Positions 1-10,285 of a stretch of 64,000 nt of DNA are shown in pieces. The notes beneath the pieces are model-generated. The model searched no databases. It worked only from the letters and a program-made list of their open reading frames with translations, and was not told the origin of the DNA. The stretch comes from an uncultured delta proteobacterium. GTDB taxonomy: Bacteria > Desulfobacterota > Desulfobacteria > Desulfobacterales > Desulfosalsimonadaceae. Within the stretch, counting starts at the first letter, position 1. Every line of letters begins with the position of its first letter. The position numbers were made by a program, and so were the translations under genes. The stretch lies in assembly GCA_963826785.1 (NCBI GenBank), contig CAWGYD010000010.1, positions 192,001 to 256,000 of the forward strand. The letters are read 5' to 3'.

Positions 1-229
1 ATACAAATTCGTTTCCATCTCTCAGAAAGCCGATATCGGAAATATAGCGGAAAAGATTTTCCATATCGGACAGGTTCAGCGGGTTTTTTGGGATGAATTC
101 ATATTCGAATCCAAAACTCCGGGGGCCTTTCCCCGACAAGGCAGAGAGCACCTGGAGGTACTGATCGGTGAATTGTTGTTCAATTTCAGAATATGTGCGG
201 TCTGCGGTCAACTTCACTTCACTTTCCAT
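1..229 (-). CDS. Partial (N-terminal) protein, probable glutamate--cysteine ligase/GCS2-like family
   Basis: My translation from ATG at 229: MESEVKLTADRTYSEIEQQF...GPRSFGFEYEFIPKNPL..., open to the window edge. GxExE resembles the N-terminal motif of gamma-glutamyl ligases. Starts 10 nt after the asnB stop. Confidence 0.5.
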   Translation of the reverse strand, partial: MESEVKLTADRTYSEIEQQFTDQYLQVLSALSGKGPRSFGFEYEFIPKNPLNLSDMENLFRYISDIGFLRDGNEFV

Positions 230-239
230 CAGTTACTAA

Positions 240-2123
240 TCATCCGAAAAATTCATGATACCACAATGTGAAAATGATGACCGAAAAAGCGCGGTCTGCT
301 GCGGAGACTAAGGTTTCCGGTCCGATCCGGTCTGATTTGACGTCGTCAAAAAGCTTCCGGGCAAATGCCGGATCGATGACCCCCTGCTCTTTTATCAGGC
401 CGCCATAGATGATTTCCTGTAAAAAATCAGGCAAATCTGCGGGGTTTGACAGCCAGTCGGCCATGGGAATGGTAAAGGGCTGCTTCCGCCGATGGACGGT
501 CGCCGAGTCCAGAAGCCCTGAATTAAGATATGCGTATCGACAGATGTATTTTTCCTGGTCTGTTTCGATATTGGCCTTCAGAATATCCGGAAGGACCGCT
601 GCAAATTCGGCCAGACGGTAATCCAGAAGCGGCGTGCGTGCTTCCAGAGAGTGCCTCATGGAGAGCCGGTCCAGCCGCAAAATGACATAATCGGGCAGCC
701 TGAACCGGCTTTCAAAAGCAATGGCGGTATTCAGATCGCTTTCCCTCCCCGACAAAAAGGGGCGTGCATCCGGCGGGAACAGATCCCCGTTGACATCGAT
801 TCCGGTCATCTGCTTTATCTGGGCTTCCGAAAACAACCGCTCTGTCTGGATGTAGCGTTTATCCGGATCGGGCTCCCGGGCTGCCAGATACGCAGACAGT
901 TCGGGATATGAATCCCCAAGTTTCTTTTTCAAATCGTCCGCCAGATTAGTATACTTTGCGGCAGCGGCTTCAATCATGAACTTACGGTATCCGGCAAAAA
1001 CTTCATCTGCGCCTTCGCCGGTCAGTACGACTTTCACCTGCTGCGCGGCCAGTGCGCAAACCTGGTCGGTGGGAATGAGTGTACCTAAAGAGATGGGCTC
1101 CTCCAGAGACCGGATAATTCCGGGAAGGGTGTCGAGCTGCGCCTTTCGGCAATACCGGACATGAAGATCGGCTTGATCAAATGTCTGTGATTTACGGGCA
1201 AGCAGGGATTTGACATGCGGCAGCTCATTGTATTTTTCTTCTTCGAAGGCAATCGTATAAAGCTTGATTTTGCCCTTGAGCAGCGCAGCCTGGGCGGAAA
1301 CCGCCGAAGAATCGATCCCTCCGGAAATCAGGGTGCCCACCTCCACATCGGAGCGCAATCGGATGCGGACCGCGTCTGTAAACAATTCCGTAAACCTGGC
1401 GGAAGCATCCTCAATCTTCATTTCGGGAATGATCCGATCCAGCCGGTAATCCCAGTACCGGTGGATCTCGTGGGTGCCGCTTTCGAGATCGTATTCCAGA
1501 TAGGACCCGGGGGGGAGACGGCGTACCTGGGCAAACAGCGTCTCGCCGCCGGGAACATATCGGTAGGTAAAGTAGGCGGCCATGCGGCTGCGGTTGATCC
1601 CCGGGGGATTGCCTGATGCATCGAGCATCGGTTTAATTTCCGATGAGAAAATAAAATCTCCGCCGCACTCCATATAGTATAGCGGTTTGATGCCGAACCG
1701 GTCACGAAAGAGGATCATCCGCCGCCGGGCGGGATCGAAGATCGCTCCGGCATACATTCCGTTCAGATACTGCAGAAATTCAAGGCCGAAGACGCGGTAT
1801 AAGTGAAGCGCCACCTCGATGTCGCCTCGGGAGACAAAGGGTTCGGATTTTACTTTTTCCCGCAATTCAATATAGTTATAGATCTGTCCATTGCAGATGA
1901 TCGTCGTGCCGTCGTGCGCCCGTATGGGTTGCATGCCCGTTTCCAGATCCAGAATGGAAAGCCGGACCAATCCCATCCCCACCTGCTTTCCCCCGTGGTC
2001 ATAAACGGCTTCCCTGCGGTCATCCGGCCCGCGATGGCGTTGAATCCGGCCCATGTGCAGGAGCGTTTGTCTTACCTCACCCTGAGTCCGTTTCGATGAT
2101 ATAATTCCGTGAATGCCGCACAT
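240..2123 (-). CDS. asnB: Asparagine synthase (glutamine-hydrolysing) family amidotransferase
   Basis: Ntn start MCGI, HRGPD, RLSILDL, RDRFGIKPLY, SGGIDSS, LTGEGADE, SLEARTP motifs; start moved to MCGI. Confidence 0.93.
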   Translation of the reverse strand: MCGIHGIISSKRTQGEVRQTLLHMGRIQRHRGPDDRREAVYDHGGKQVGMGLVRLSILDLETGMQPIRAHDGTTIICNGQIYNYIELREKVKSEPFVSRGDIEVALHLYRVFGLEFLQYLNGMYAGAIFDPARRRMILFRDRFGIKPLYYMECGGDFIFSSEIKPMLDASGNPPGINRSRMAAYFTYRYVPGGETLFAQVRRLPPGSYLEYDLESGTHEIHRYWDYRLDRIIPEMKIEDASARFTELFTDAVRIRLRSDVEVGTLISGGIDSSAVSAQAALLKGKIKLYTIAFEEEKYNELPHVKSLLARKSQTFDQADLHVRYCRKAQLDTLPGIIRSLEEPISLGTLIPTDQVCALAAQQVKVVLTGEGADEVFAGYRKFMIEAAAAKYTNLADDLKKKLGDSYPELSAYLAAREPDPDKRYIQTERLFSEAQIKQMTGIDVNGDLFPPDARPFLSGRESDLNTAIAFESRFRLPDYVILRLDRLSMRHSLEARTPLLDYRLAEFAAVLPDILKANIETDQEKYICRYAYLNSGLLDSATVHRRKQPFTIPMADWLSNPADLPDFLQEIIYGGLIKEQGVIDPAFARKLFDDVKSDRIGPETLVSAADRAFSVIIFTLWYHEFFG

Positions 2124-2386
2124 GGACGCCTGACTCCTGACCAAGTGATTTGCCGGATGGACAGATGGACCCTGCCATCCCGGTGTTTGAAATTGTTTAA
2201 ATCCTGTAGCATCAGGGATTTTATTGTCAAGCGATTATCCGGATGTTCATCTATGACTGCGTGCAGGCGCATTGGGGTCTGCCGCGTTGACAATAGCAAA
2301 AGTGAACATTACTGTTTTTGCGGGTGGGGAACAATTGAGGCTTTTGATCTCTCTTCATCGTATTTTATGCACCAGGCAACGGGGAA

Positions 2387-2821
2387 ATGGAATTTATCCG
2401 TCAATCAGACTGGCAGCTTTTTTTCAAAGACCGTGATGAATACCAGGGAAGAGACGGCTCACGATCCTTGATCGAAACCGAGGAGCAGTCCACTTCCATA
2501 GAAGACGAGGAAAGTTTTCTGCTTTGCAGCCATTGCCGGTCCATCATTACCCATCCGTCCCAGAAATGGGCGGTAAACGGGTCGCATCAATATACCTTTG
2601 CCAATCCCCATGGCCTGATATTCGACATCGGCTGCTTTAAATCAGCCGTCGGTGTTGTCTCAGTGGGCCCATCCACCGATGAGTTCACCTGGTTCCGGGG
2701 GTTTAGGTGGCAAATCGCCCTGTGTCGATCCTGCCAGTCTCATATGGGTTGGTCTTTTTCAGGAAGCGACAGCCGGTTTTATGGTCTGATTCTGGATCGA
2801 CTGGTGGAATCGGATGATTAA
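2387..2821 (+). CDS. Cereblon-like CULT (thalidomide-binding) domain protein
   Basis: Two CxxC zinc pairs (CSHC, CRSC), NPHG motif, aromatic cage TWFRGFRW...GWSF, C-terminal FYGLI. Confidence 0.9.
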   Translation: MEFIRQSDWQLFFKDRDEYQGRDGSRSLIETEEQSTSIEDEESFLLCSHCRSIITHPSQKWAVNGSHQYTFANPHGLIFDIGCFKSAVGVVSVGPSTDEFTWFRGFRWQIALCRSCQSHMGWSFSGSDSRFYGLILDRLVESDD

Positions 2822-3078
2822 ACATCATCCGGATATATCGAAAATTAAGGAAAATTATTTGACATGGCCCTGTAAACCCTCTTGAATGGAAGTCCAAAGA
2901 GGTCGTCTACAGAAAAATAGGCTTGACGATTGGCCTTTCGGACAATGTTTGTTATTGACATATCAGTTAAATTTTTTTAGATTAAACACAAAAAATTACA
3001 TGTCAAATAAAGTTCAGCTGTATTTACGAGCAAAGTTACATCGAAGCGTCAAATACGTACCATCGCGGATAATTTATC

Positions 3079-4017
3079 ATGTCGAAACGGGGAAAACTCT
3101 TCATTCTTCTGACCGCATGCATGCTGATGCTCACCCCCCCTGCCTTTGCTCAGTTGATCGAATTATCTGAGATTCAGGACGGCATATTCCATATCTCCCC
3201 TCGGAATATGTTTTTTTCCTCTTCCCTGTATTACAACGACCAGTACATTGATGATGACCAGGCACGAGAGTTTAGCAATGCGGCCAGGGTCGATCTCACC
3301 CGGGAAGTCGATGGGAATTACCCCTTTTCAGTTATCGACGGCTATACATTAAGCTCTGACCTGGTGCTGATCGATAAAGATTATTGTACCGAAGATGTCG
3401 TTTTTCCTTTCCCGGTTAAATCTTACCTGAGCCGTCACAATATTTCCGTTACCCAGTACACAAATGAAAAATATCCACCGGAAGTATTTTTTAATGTGAT
3501 TAAAATACCCGAGCCTCTTAAAACTCAAGATGCTAAAATAGTCGAATTTGCGTATTTTCGAATTCACAATTATGAAAATGAGCAAAATGAGTATGTGCGC
3601 AGAACTTATTTCCCAGATGCGAATGACAATGCCTATCTGATTGATGCCCAAGTTCGAGTGATGAGCGGAAACGTGGCACACTGGATCCACGAAACGGCTG
3701 CCCCCAGGTGTCCGCCCCAACCGAATCGCTGCCTTGATTGCCTGCCCAAATCCGCCTGCAAAAAACCTGAAACCATTCGCCTGATCCGCGTAGGTTCCCT
3801 TAACCCCTGCATCGGCGAACCATTTTTCCCTGAACGCCCTTCTCCCAGATGTTTCATTTATCCCGATACACCTGAAAACACCACCCCGGCGGCAACTAAC
3901 GCCAGTTATAATTATCACACCTTCCCCAGGCACCCCAATACCCGCCAGAGCGACCCAAGCCTGTCACGACAAACCCCGCCATCTACTGCAGGTTGTGTAC
4001 AGTGCCAAAATAAATAA
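3079..4017 (+). CDS. Hypothetical exported protein with Cys/Pro-rich C-terminus
   Basis: 312-aa ORF, Sec signal peptide ending PAFA, visibly AT-richer DNA, CLDC and terminal CVQC. Confidence 0.7.
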   Translation: MSKRGKLFILLTACMLMLTPPAFAQLIELSEIQDGIFHISPRNMFFSSSLYYNDQYIDDDQAREFSNAARVDLTREVDGNYPFSVIDGYTLSSDLVLIDKDYCTEDVVFPFPVKSYLSRHNISVTQYTNEKYPPEVFFNVIKIPEPLKTQDAKIVEFAYFRIHNYENEQNEYVRRTYFPDANDNAYLIDAQVRVMSGNVAHWIHETAAPRCPPQPNRCLDCLPKSACKKPETIRLIRVGSLNPCIGEPFFPERPSPRCFIYPDTPENTTPAATNASYNYHTFPRHPNTRQSDPSLSRQTPPSTAGCVQCQNK

Positions 4018-4202
4018 AGACAACCTACTCGATCTGAGACGCAATCCATCTAACCGATTTTCTGTTTTGCAAATTTATCCGACATAGATTAGCCCATCAG
4101 CCAAATTCATATCGGAAAGTGCATGCATCTGTGCCAACGTTATTGTATTCCTTCCAACATGAATTAACTTTGAAATGAGATAAAAAAAACGGGATAAAAA
4201 AC

Positions 4203-4231
4203 TTGACATTGAAATATAAATGAAATATTTT
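4203..4231 (+). promoter_or_regulatory. Putative sigma70 promoter of fusA
   Basis: TTGACA (4203-4208), 17 nt spacer, TATTTT (4226-4231). Confidence 0.55.
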
Positions 4232-4297
4232 TATAAAATTTTACTCGCCCCTGAATAAGGTGCGCGAAATTTCATCTCAGGAAAGTAGAAAGCCATC

Positions 4298-6388
4298 ATG
4301 AGTACCGACATTCAAAAATTCAGAAATATCGGCATCAGCGCCCACATCGATTCGGGCAAGACCACCCTGACGGAACGGATCCTGTATTTCACCAAGCGGA
4401 TCCACCGGATTCACGAAGTGCGCGGCAAGGACGGCGTCGGCGCCACCATGGACTCCATGGAACTGGAAAAGGAACGCGGAATCACCATCGCTTCCGCTGC
4501 GACCCGCTGTACCTGGAATCACCATGAAGTCAATATCATCGATACCCCCGGACACGTGGATTTTACCATAGAAGTCGAGCGGGCCCTTCGCGTTCTTGAC
4601 GGTGCCATTCTGGTACTCTGCGCAGTGGGCGGGGTCCAGTCCCAGTCGATCACGGTGGATCAGCAGATGAAGCGCTACCATGTGCCCTGCATCGCTTTTA
4701 TCAATAAATGCGACAGAAGCGGTGCGGACCCGTTCCGCGTCATCGGGCAGCTCCGGGAAAAATTGAACCATAATGCGGTTGCGATGCAGATTCCCATCGG
4801 TCTCGAAGCCGATCTCGAAGGCGTCATTGACCTGATTTCCATGAAGGCGCTCTATTTTGAGGGCGACTTTGGCGAAATCATCCGGACCGATGAAATTCCG
4901 GCCTCTATGATGGAAATGGCCCGATCCAGAAGAGAAGAACTGATTGACGCGGCCTCCATCTTTTCTGACGAACTCACAGAGGCGGTCCTTGAAGAACAGC
5001 CGATTCCGGAAAAAATGATCATCGAAGCTGTCCGCAAGGGGACCTTAAAGCGCGAAATCACTCCTGTTTTTATGGGTTCAGCCTATAAAAACAAAGGCGT
5101 ACAACCCGTTCTCGACGCCGTTACGCTGTTCCTGCCAGCCCCCAGTGAAGTGACCAGCGAGGCACTGGACCTCAACGATAAGGAAAAGCCGGTGATTCTC
5201 ACCGCAGATGCAGAGGCTCCGCTGGTTGCGCTGGCGTTTAAGCTGGAAGACGGGCAGTTCGGACAGCTGACGTATCTGCGTGTTTACCAGGGAAGTTTAA
5301 AAAAAGGGGATGCGGTCATCAATGCCCGCACCGGCAGGAAAATCAAGATTGGCCGGATTGTGCGGATGCATGCGGATCAGATGGAAGATCTGGATAATAT
5401 TTCCGCCGGAGATATCGGGGCTTTCTTTGGCATCGACTGCGCTTCCGGTGACACCTTTACGGCGCCCGGCATAAACCTGTCGCTGACTTCAATGTATATT
5501 CCCGAACCGGTTATCTCGCTTGCCATAAAGCCCGTGGACATCAAGGCGGAGACCAACATGTCCAAGGCCTTAAACCGGTTTTCCAAAGAGGATCCGACAT
5601 TTAAAACGTTTGTTAACAAGGAAACCGGCGAAACCCTGATTTCGGGCATGGGGGAACTCCATCTTGAAATCTACCTGGAAAGGATGCGCCGGGAATACAA
5701 GGCCGAGGTCATCGCCGGCGAACCAAGCGTGGCCTATCGGGAGACCATTACCCGGCGCAGCGATTTTGATTATACCCACAAGAAACAGACGGGTGGATCG
5801 GGCCAGTTCGGTCGGATTGCCGGATATATGGAGCCGCACGAGGATTCCGAATTTATTTTCGAAAACAAGGTTACCGGTGGCTCGATTCCCACTCAGTATA
5901 TCCCGGCTTGTGAAAAAGGGTTTGTTTCCTGCCTGGAAAAAGGCCCCTGGATGAAATATCCCGTCACCGGCCTTAAGATCACCATCAACGACGGCGCTTC
6001 CCATTCCGTTGACTCCTCGGATATGGCTTTTCAGGCGACTGCCCGTGGGGCTTTCCAGCAGGCCTATGCCAAGGCCGGCCCTGTGCTGCAGGAACCCATC
6101 ATGAAAGTGGTGGTGGAAACACCGGGGGAATTCCAGGGTGCCGTCATGGGATCCTTGAACCAGCGGCGGGGCATGATCATTGGTTCCAGCGACATGGGCA
6201 GCATGACTGCGATTGAAGCCCAGGTCCCATTGGCTGAAATGTTCGGCTATTCCACGATTCTGCGCTCCATGACCCAGGGCAAGGCCCAGTTTACCATGGA
6301 GTTTGACACCTACAAACAGGTGCCGCAGTCCGTGGTCGAGGACATATTGAAGAAAAGAGATGACAAGAAAACCAAGACTGGCACCTGA
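4298..6388 (+). CDS. fusA: Elongation factor G
   Basis: [43 protein letters not shown]. Confidence 0.97.
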   Translation: MSTDIQKFRNIGISAHIDSGKTTLTERILYFTKRIHRIHEVRGKDGVGATMDSMELEKERGITIASAATRCTWNHHEVNIIDTPGHVDFTIEVERALRVLDGAILVLCAVGGVQSQSITVDQQMKRYHVPCIAFINKCDRSGADPFRVIGQLREKLNHNAVAMQIPIGLEADLEGVIDLISMKALYFEGDFGEIIRTDEIPASMMEMARSRREELIDAASIFSDELTEAVLEEQPIPEKMIIEAVRKGTLKREITPVFMGSAYKNKGVQPVLDAVTLFLPAPSEVTSEALDLNDKEKPVILTADAEAPLVALAFKLEDGQFGQLTYLRVYQGSLKKGDAVINARTGRKIKIGRIVRMHADQMEDLDNISAGDIGAFFGIDCASGDTFTAPGINLSLTSMYIPEPVISLAIKPVDIKAETNMSKALNRFSKEDPTFKTFVNKETGETLISGMGELHLEIYLERMRREYKAEVIAGEPSVAYRETITRRSDFDYTHKKQTGGSGQFGRIAGYMEPHEDSEFIFENKVTGGSIPTQYIPACEKGFVSCLEKGPWMKYPVTGLKITINDGASHSVDSSDMAFQATARGAFQQAYAKAGPVLQEPIMKVVVETPGEFQGAVMGSLNQRRGMIIGSSDMGSMTAIEAQVPLAEMFGYSTILRSMTQGKAQFTMEFDTYKQVPQSVVEDILKKRDDKKTKTGT

Positions 6389-6450
6389 TCTGTCTAAACG
6401 ATGACAGCCGAATTTATTTCAGACCTGAAGTTTTTGAAAGATTGATAAAT

Positions 6451-7173
6451 ATGCTGAAAAAAAAACTGATTATTCGTGATCCGCTTCGCCTGCTGAATCA
6501 TAAGATGAATGACAATATCGACACCGGCGGCATCGGCGCCATTATCGCACGGGCGGGGGTGGGAAAAACCGCATTTCTCGTCCAGATCGCCCTCAGCACG
6601 CTGATCAAGGAAAAAAATGTGCTCCATATCAGTGTCCAGGATCCCGTCGATAAAGTGAACCTTTGGTATCAGGAGATTTTCCAAAACCTGACCTTTGACT
6701 ACGAAACCGGCCAGAAAAAGCAGCTATGGGACGAATTGCTGGGTCATCGATTTATCATGGCCTTTGAAACCGAAAGTTTTAATTTTCAAAAAATCAAAAA
6801 GCGGATTGAAGAGCTCAAAAACCAAAATATTTTCTCTCCGGACCTGACAATCATTGACGGACTGCTGCTTGAAAAAATCGACCGCACTGAAATCATGCAG
6901 TTTAAAGATTTCCTTCAGGAGCAGGGTATTTCCTTATGGCTTTCCATTGGCATGCACCGTCATGACGAATACGATTCCGATAAAATGCTCAGCCAGCTCG
7001 ACGAACCCTTGAAAAACATGTTTGACATGATCTTCCAACTGATCCCTGAAAAGCAGAGAATCCGCGTAAAAAGGATAAACCGGGACACGGAAAATAATAC
7101 ACAGACAGCTTTTTGCCTGGATCCGTCGACCCTGCTGCTCAAGGAAGCAGACGCTTCAACCGAACCTGCATAA
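6451..7173 (+). CDS. RecA/KaiC-superfamily P-loop ATPase of unknown function
   Basis: Walker A-like ARAGVGKT, VLHIS strand, Walker B-like TIIDG. Confidence 0.7.
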   Translation: MLKKKLIIRDPLRLLNHKMNDNIDTGGIGAIIARAGVGKTAFLVQIALSTLIKEKNVLHISVQDPVDKVNLWYQEIFQNLTFDYETGQKKQLWDELLGHRFIMAFETESFNFQKIKKRIEELKNQNIFSPDLTIIDGLLLEKIDRTEIMQFKDFLQEQGISLWLSIGMHRHDEYDSDKMLSQLDEPLKNMFDMIFQLIPEKQRIRVKRINRDTENNTQTAFCLDPSTLLLKEADASTEPA

Positions 7174-7469
7174 TTTTCATTTGTGTATTCTTTTCTTGCG
7201 CCTTTTTTCCCTGATGCGTTATCAGGGCATCAGATTGATGATTGTTTGCAGGTGAGACCCTTTTCTTCTGCCGCAATCCGTAAACAATTGAAAAATCATA
7301 TCAAGCTCGATCCCCAGATCTCCAGCCTTTGCGCCAGGATGGATTTATTTTATTGAATTGTAATTAAATTGCTGGTATAAGTTAACTTCAATAAAGATCC
7401 ATCTGCTGATTTGAAGACATCTATTCTAATTCAACGGCTACATCCGAAAAGGCGGCATAAGGAGCGGTT

Positions 7470-8474
7470 TTGATGAAATGGAAGATCCTTGTTGGTTTAT
7501 GCATCGTGATCGGCTGCTTGTCGATGGTGAATGGAACCGCTTTTGGTGAAGCGACGAAGCCTTCCTGCACGGTGTTGTTATTTCATCCAGACGCGGCCTC
7601 CACCAATGAGGCCGAAAGCCAGCAGATCACCGATCAATTTGTTCAATTGCTCAATCAAACCGATCTTTACTTCGTTATTGACTACAAAGACATCAAGAAG
7701 AATATCTCCTCCCAGAAGATCTGGCGCCTGACTGAAAGCTGTGCTGAAAAAGAGTGTGCCGTGGAAGTGGGGAAAATACTGAATTCGGATTACGTCATCT
7801 ATGGTGTACTGGGAAACGTCGGCAACCTTCGTTCTCTGGAAACCGCCCTGATCGATGTCAAGGATGGCGAGGTGGTCAACCAGGTCGAGACAACCTATGA
7901 GGGGACATGGGATGTATTTGCCCAGAAAGCACCGGAAGTGAATCTTCGATCGCTTCTGGGGGTCACCATTTCACCTCAGCCCGAATCCCAGCCCGAACCC
8001 CAAGCTACAGAATCGGAATCGACACATGTAAAACAGGTCATCGGCGATACGGAAGATGTTTCGTCTGAACCTGAAAAACAATTCACCATCGGACCCCGCC
8101 TCGGCGTGGCCGCAAGTGATGACGGGGTCGAATTCGGCGCCGGAATCGAAGCCCGCTTTGTGAATCTGTCTTTTAAGCTCTTTGGCAACCTGGATGGTCT
8201 GGGTACAGGGTTGGGTTATTACCTCCACCCCGTCGGCAACAGCCCTTTTCTGTCTGCCGTATTCACCTATTACGATAAAGAAAATCATGGTGTAGACGAA
8301 ATCGGCCGGATTTACGGCCTTGTGGCGGGGTACCGAATCAACTTCACCCCTCAGATGGATGCCTGCATCGGCATTGGGGCCGGATATGTCAACTGGGACC
8401 AAACCGAACCGCCCCATGACAGCGATGAGGAAATCGTCCCCCTTGGCGAAATTACCATCGGGTATATGTTTTAA
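7470..8474 (+). CDS. Exported protein: TolB-N/CsgG-like alpha/beta domain, acidic Pro linker, C-terminal outer-membrane beta-barrel-like domain
   Basis: RBS AAGGAG, signal peptide, C-x4-C then VEVGKILNSDYVIYG pattern, amphipathic strands ending IGYMF. Confidence 0.65.
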   Translation: MMKWKILVGLCIVIGCLSMVNGTAFGEATKPSCTVLLFHPDAASTNEAESQQITDQFVQLLNQTDLYFVIDYKDIKKNISSQKIWRLTESCAEKECAVEVGKILNSDYVIYGVLGNVGNLRSLETALIDVKDGEVVNQVETTYEGTWDVFAQKAPEVNLRSLLGVTISPQPESQPEPQATESESTHVKQVIGDTEDVSSEPEKQFTIGPRLGVAASDDGVEFGAGIEARFVNLSFKLFGNLDGLGTGLGYYLHPVGNSPFLSAVFTYYDKENHGVDEIGRIYGLVAGYRINFTPQMDACIGIGAGYVNWDQTEPPHDSDEEIVPLGEITIGYMF

Positions 8475-8509
8475 GCAAAACACACCTGTTTTTTGGATTG
8501 ATTCTACTC

Positions 8510-8544
8510 AAACTCCCTGGCTTAAAAACCAGGGAGTTTTTTTT
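8510..8544 (+). terminator. Rho-independent terminator
   Basis: AAACTCCCTGG-8 nt-CCAGGGAGTTT followed by a T run. Confidence 0.85.
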
Positions 8545-8753
8545 CGCCTCTCCGCTCACTATCTTCATCATACCTGATTTCATTTTCGATTTTATCTCTA
8601 TGCCTGTCCGCAAATCGGCTCTTGAATCAATCCGCATCCGCTTTTTTGTCATGACCGGTAAAAGGAACTAAATATTGACTTATCCTGCAGATTTTAATAA
8701 AAAAAATTTCTTGGCATCTGTAATAAATTTTATTTTCTATGCGGAGGCATTCC

Positions 8754-9182
8754 TTGTATTCTAAACTGCTTGTTCTCCATTTCCCCGGCAGGGAACTCGA
8801 AAAGCCGGTGGTCTGCCATTTGACCAAATATTTCGATCTGACCTTCAACATTTTGAAAGCGACCATCCTTCCCCGCAAGGAAGGGATCATGGTGCTCGAG
8901 CTTTCCGGTCCCCGAAAGAATTTCAAGAGCGGAATTCAGTATCTGGAAAGCCAGGGGGTCATCGTCAAAAATGCCTCTTCGGAAGTCACCCGGGATAAAT
9001 CAAAATGCATCCATTGCGGCGCCTGCACCGCCGTATGCCCCACCGGCGCTCTTTTTATCAAGCGGCCCGAGATGCAGGTCATGTTTGAAAAGAATAAATG
9101 CAGTGTTTGTGAACTCTGCCTTCGGGCGTGCCTCACCCGGGCCATGAAAATCCAACCCACCTCCGAAACCTTTTTCGAATGA
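8754..9182 (+). CDS. NIL-domain 2x[4Fe-4S] ferredoxin
   Basis: FNILKA NIL motif; CIHCGACTAVCP and CSVCELCLRAC; TTG start after GGAGG. Confidence 0.88.
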   Translation: MYSKLLVLHFPGRELEKPVVCHLTKYFDLTFNILKATILPRKEGIMVLELSGPRKNFKSGIQYLESQGVIVKNASSEVTRDKSKCIHCGACTAVCPTGALFIKRPEMQVMFEKNKCSVCELCLRACLTRAMKIQPTSETFFE

Positions 9183-10285
9183 ACGATAAAATCGCCGTTG
9201 CCGTAAGCGGCGGCATTGATTCCCTGGTTGCAGCATACCTGTTAAAACAGCAGTCAGCAGAAATCATCGGTCTGCATTTCATCACGGGATATGAAAAATC
9301 GCCCGTAACAACGCTGCCGGATGACGCCGATGGGGAAAAACAACCCGACGGGCCGGTCCGCCTCTTTCCACCGCCGGATCATCATCCCATGGCCAATCTG
9401 TCAGAACAGATCGGCATCCCCGTTTTCATCGCCGACTGCCGCAGGTTGTTTCAGGAAAAAGTGATTCATTATTTCAAACAAACTTACTTTTCCGGGAAAA
9501 CCCCCAATCCCTGCGTGGTCTGCAATGCCGACATCAAATTTGGGGTCATCCTGGAAACCGCCCGGCAAATGGGGGCATCTTTTCTGGCGACCGGCCATTA
9601 CGCCAGGCGCTCACAAGAAGACAATCACCGGTTCGGGCTTAAAGCCGGTGTGGATGCGGCCAAAGACCAGTCTTATTTTCTCTGTCGCCTCACCCAGGAC
9701 CAGTTGGCCCATGCCTGCTTTCCCCTGGGTGATATGACCAAGAATCAGGTTCGGCAGTTTGCCGGTGCCAAACACCTGCTTCCAAGTGCCCGTCAGGAAA
9801 GCCAGGATATCTGCTTTATCGGTGAAAAGGGCTACGCAGGGTACCTGAATGCAAAAGCCACGGACGCTTGCCAGCCCGGCCCCATCGTCAATACGACCGG
9901 TGAAGTGATCGGCACCCATCGGGGATTGCATCAATACACCATCGGGCAGCGACGGAAAATCAACTGCCCGGCGGAAAGGCCTTACTACGTCCTTGCCCTG
10001 GATGTGGGCAGCAACCGCCTGGTGGTCGGATTCGAAGAGGACCTGTACCGAACCGAATGCGCCTTGGATGATATCAATTGGGTAGCGGAAAAGCCCGATT
10101 CGCCCATCGAGGTATTCACCCGGATCCGTTACCGGCACCGGGCCGCAGTTTCCACGCTTATCCCGATGGATGGCCGCCGGGCGCTGATCCGCTTCAAGAC
10201 GCCCCAGCCGGCCATCACCCCGGGCCAGGCCGCAGTCTGCTACATTGGGGAGCAGGTGGTTGCCGGAGGATGGATCGATGCCTGA
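9179..10285 (+). CDS. mnmA: tRNA 2-thiouridine(34) synthase
   Basis: SGGIDS, PNPCVVCN, ATGHY, KDQSYFL, ESQDICF, YTIGQR, ITPGQ. Confidence 0.95.
   Translation: MNDKIAVAVSGGIDSLVAAYLLKQQSAEIIGLHFITGYEKSPVTTLPDDADGEKQPDGPVRLFPPPDHHPMANLSEQIGIPVFIADCRRLFQEKVIHYFKQTYFSGKTPNPCVVCNADIKFGVILETARQMGASFLATGHYARRSQEDNHRFGLKAGVDAAKDQSYFLCRLTQDQLAHACFPLGDMTKNQVRQFAGAKHLLPSARQESQDICFIGEKGYAGYLNAKATDACQPGPIVNTTGEVIGTHRGLHQYTIGQRRKINCPAERPYYVLALDVGSNRLVVGFEEDLYRTECALDDINWVAEKPDSPIEVFTRIRYRHRAAVSTLIPMDGRRALIRFKTPQPAITPGQAAVCYIGEQVVAGGWIDA

Noticed and set aside
7977..8001. Short repeat encoding QPESQPEPQ
   Set aside because: Ordinary low-complexity linker inside a CDS.
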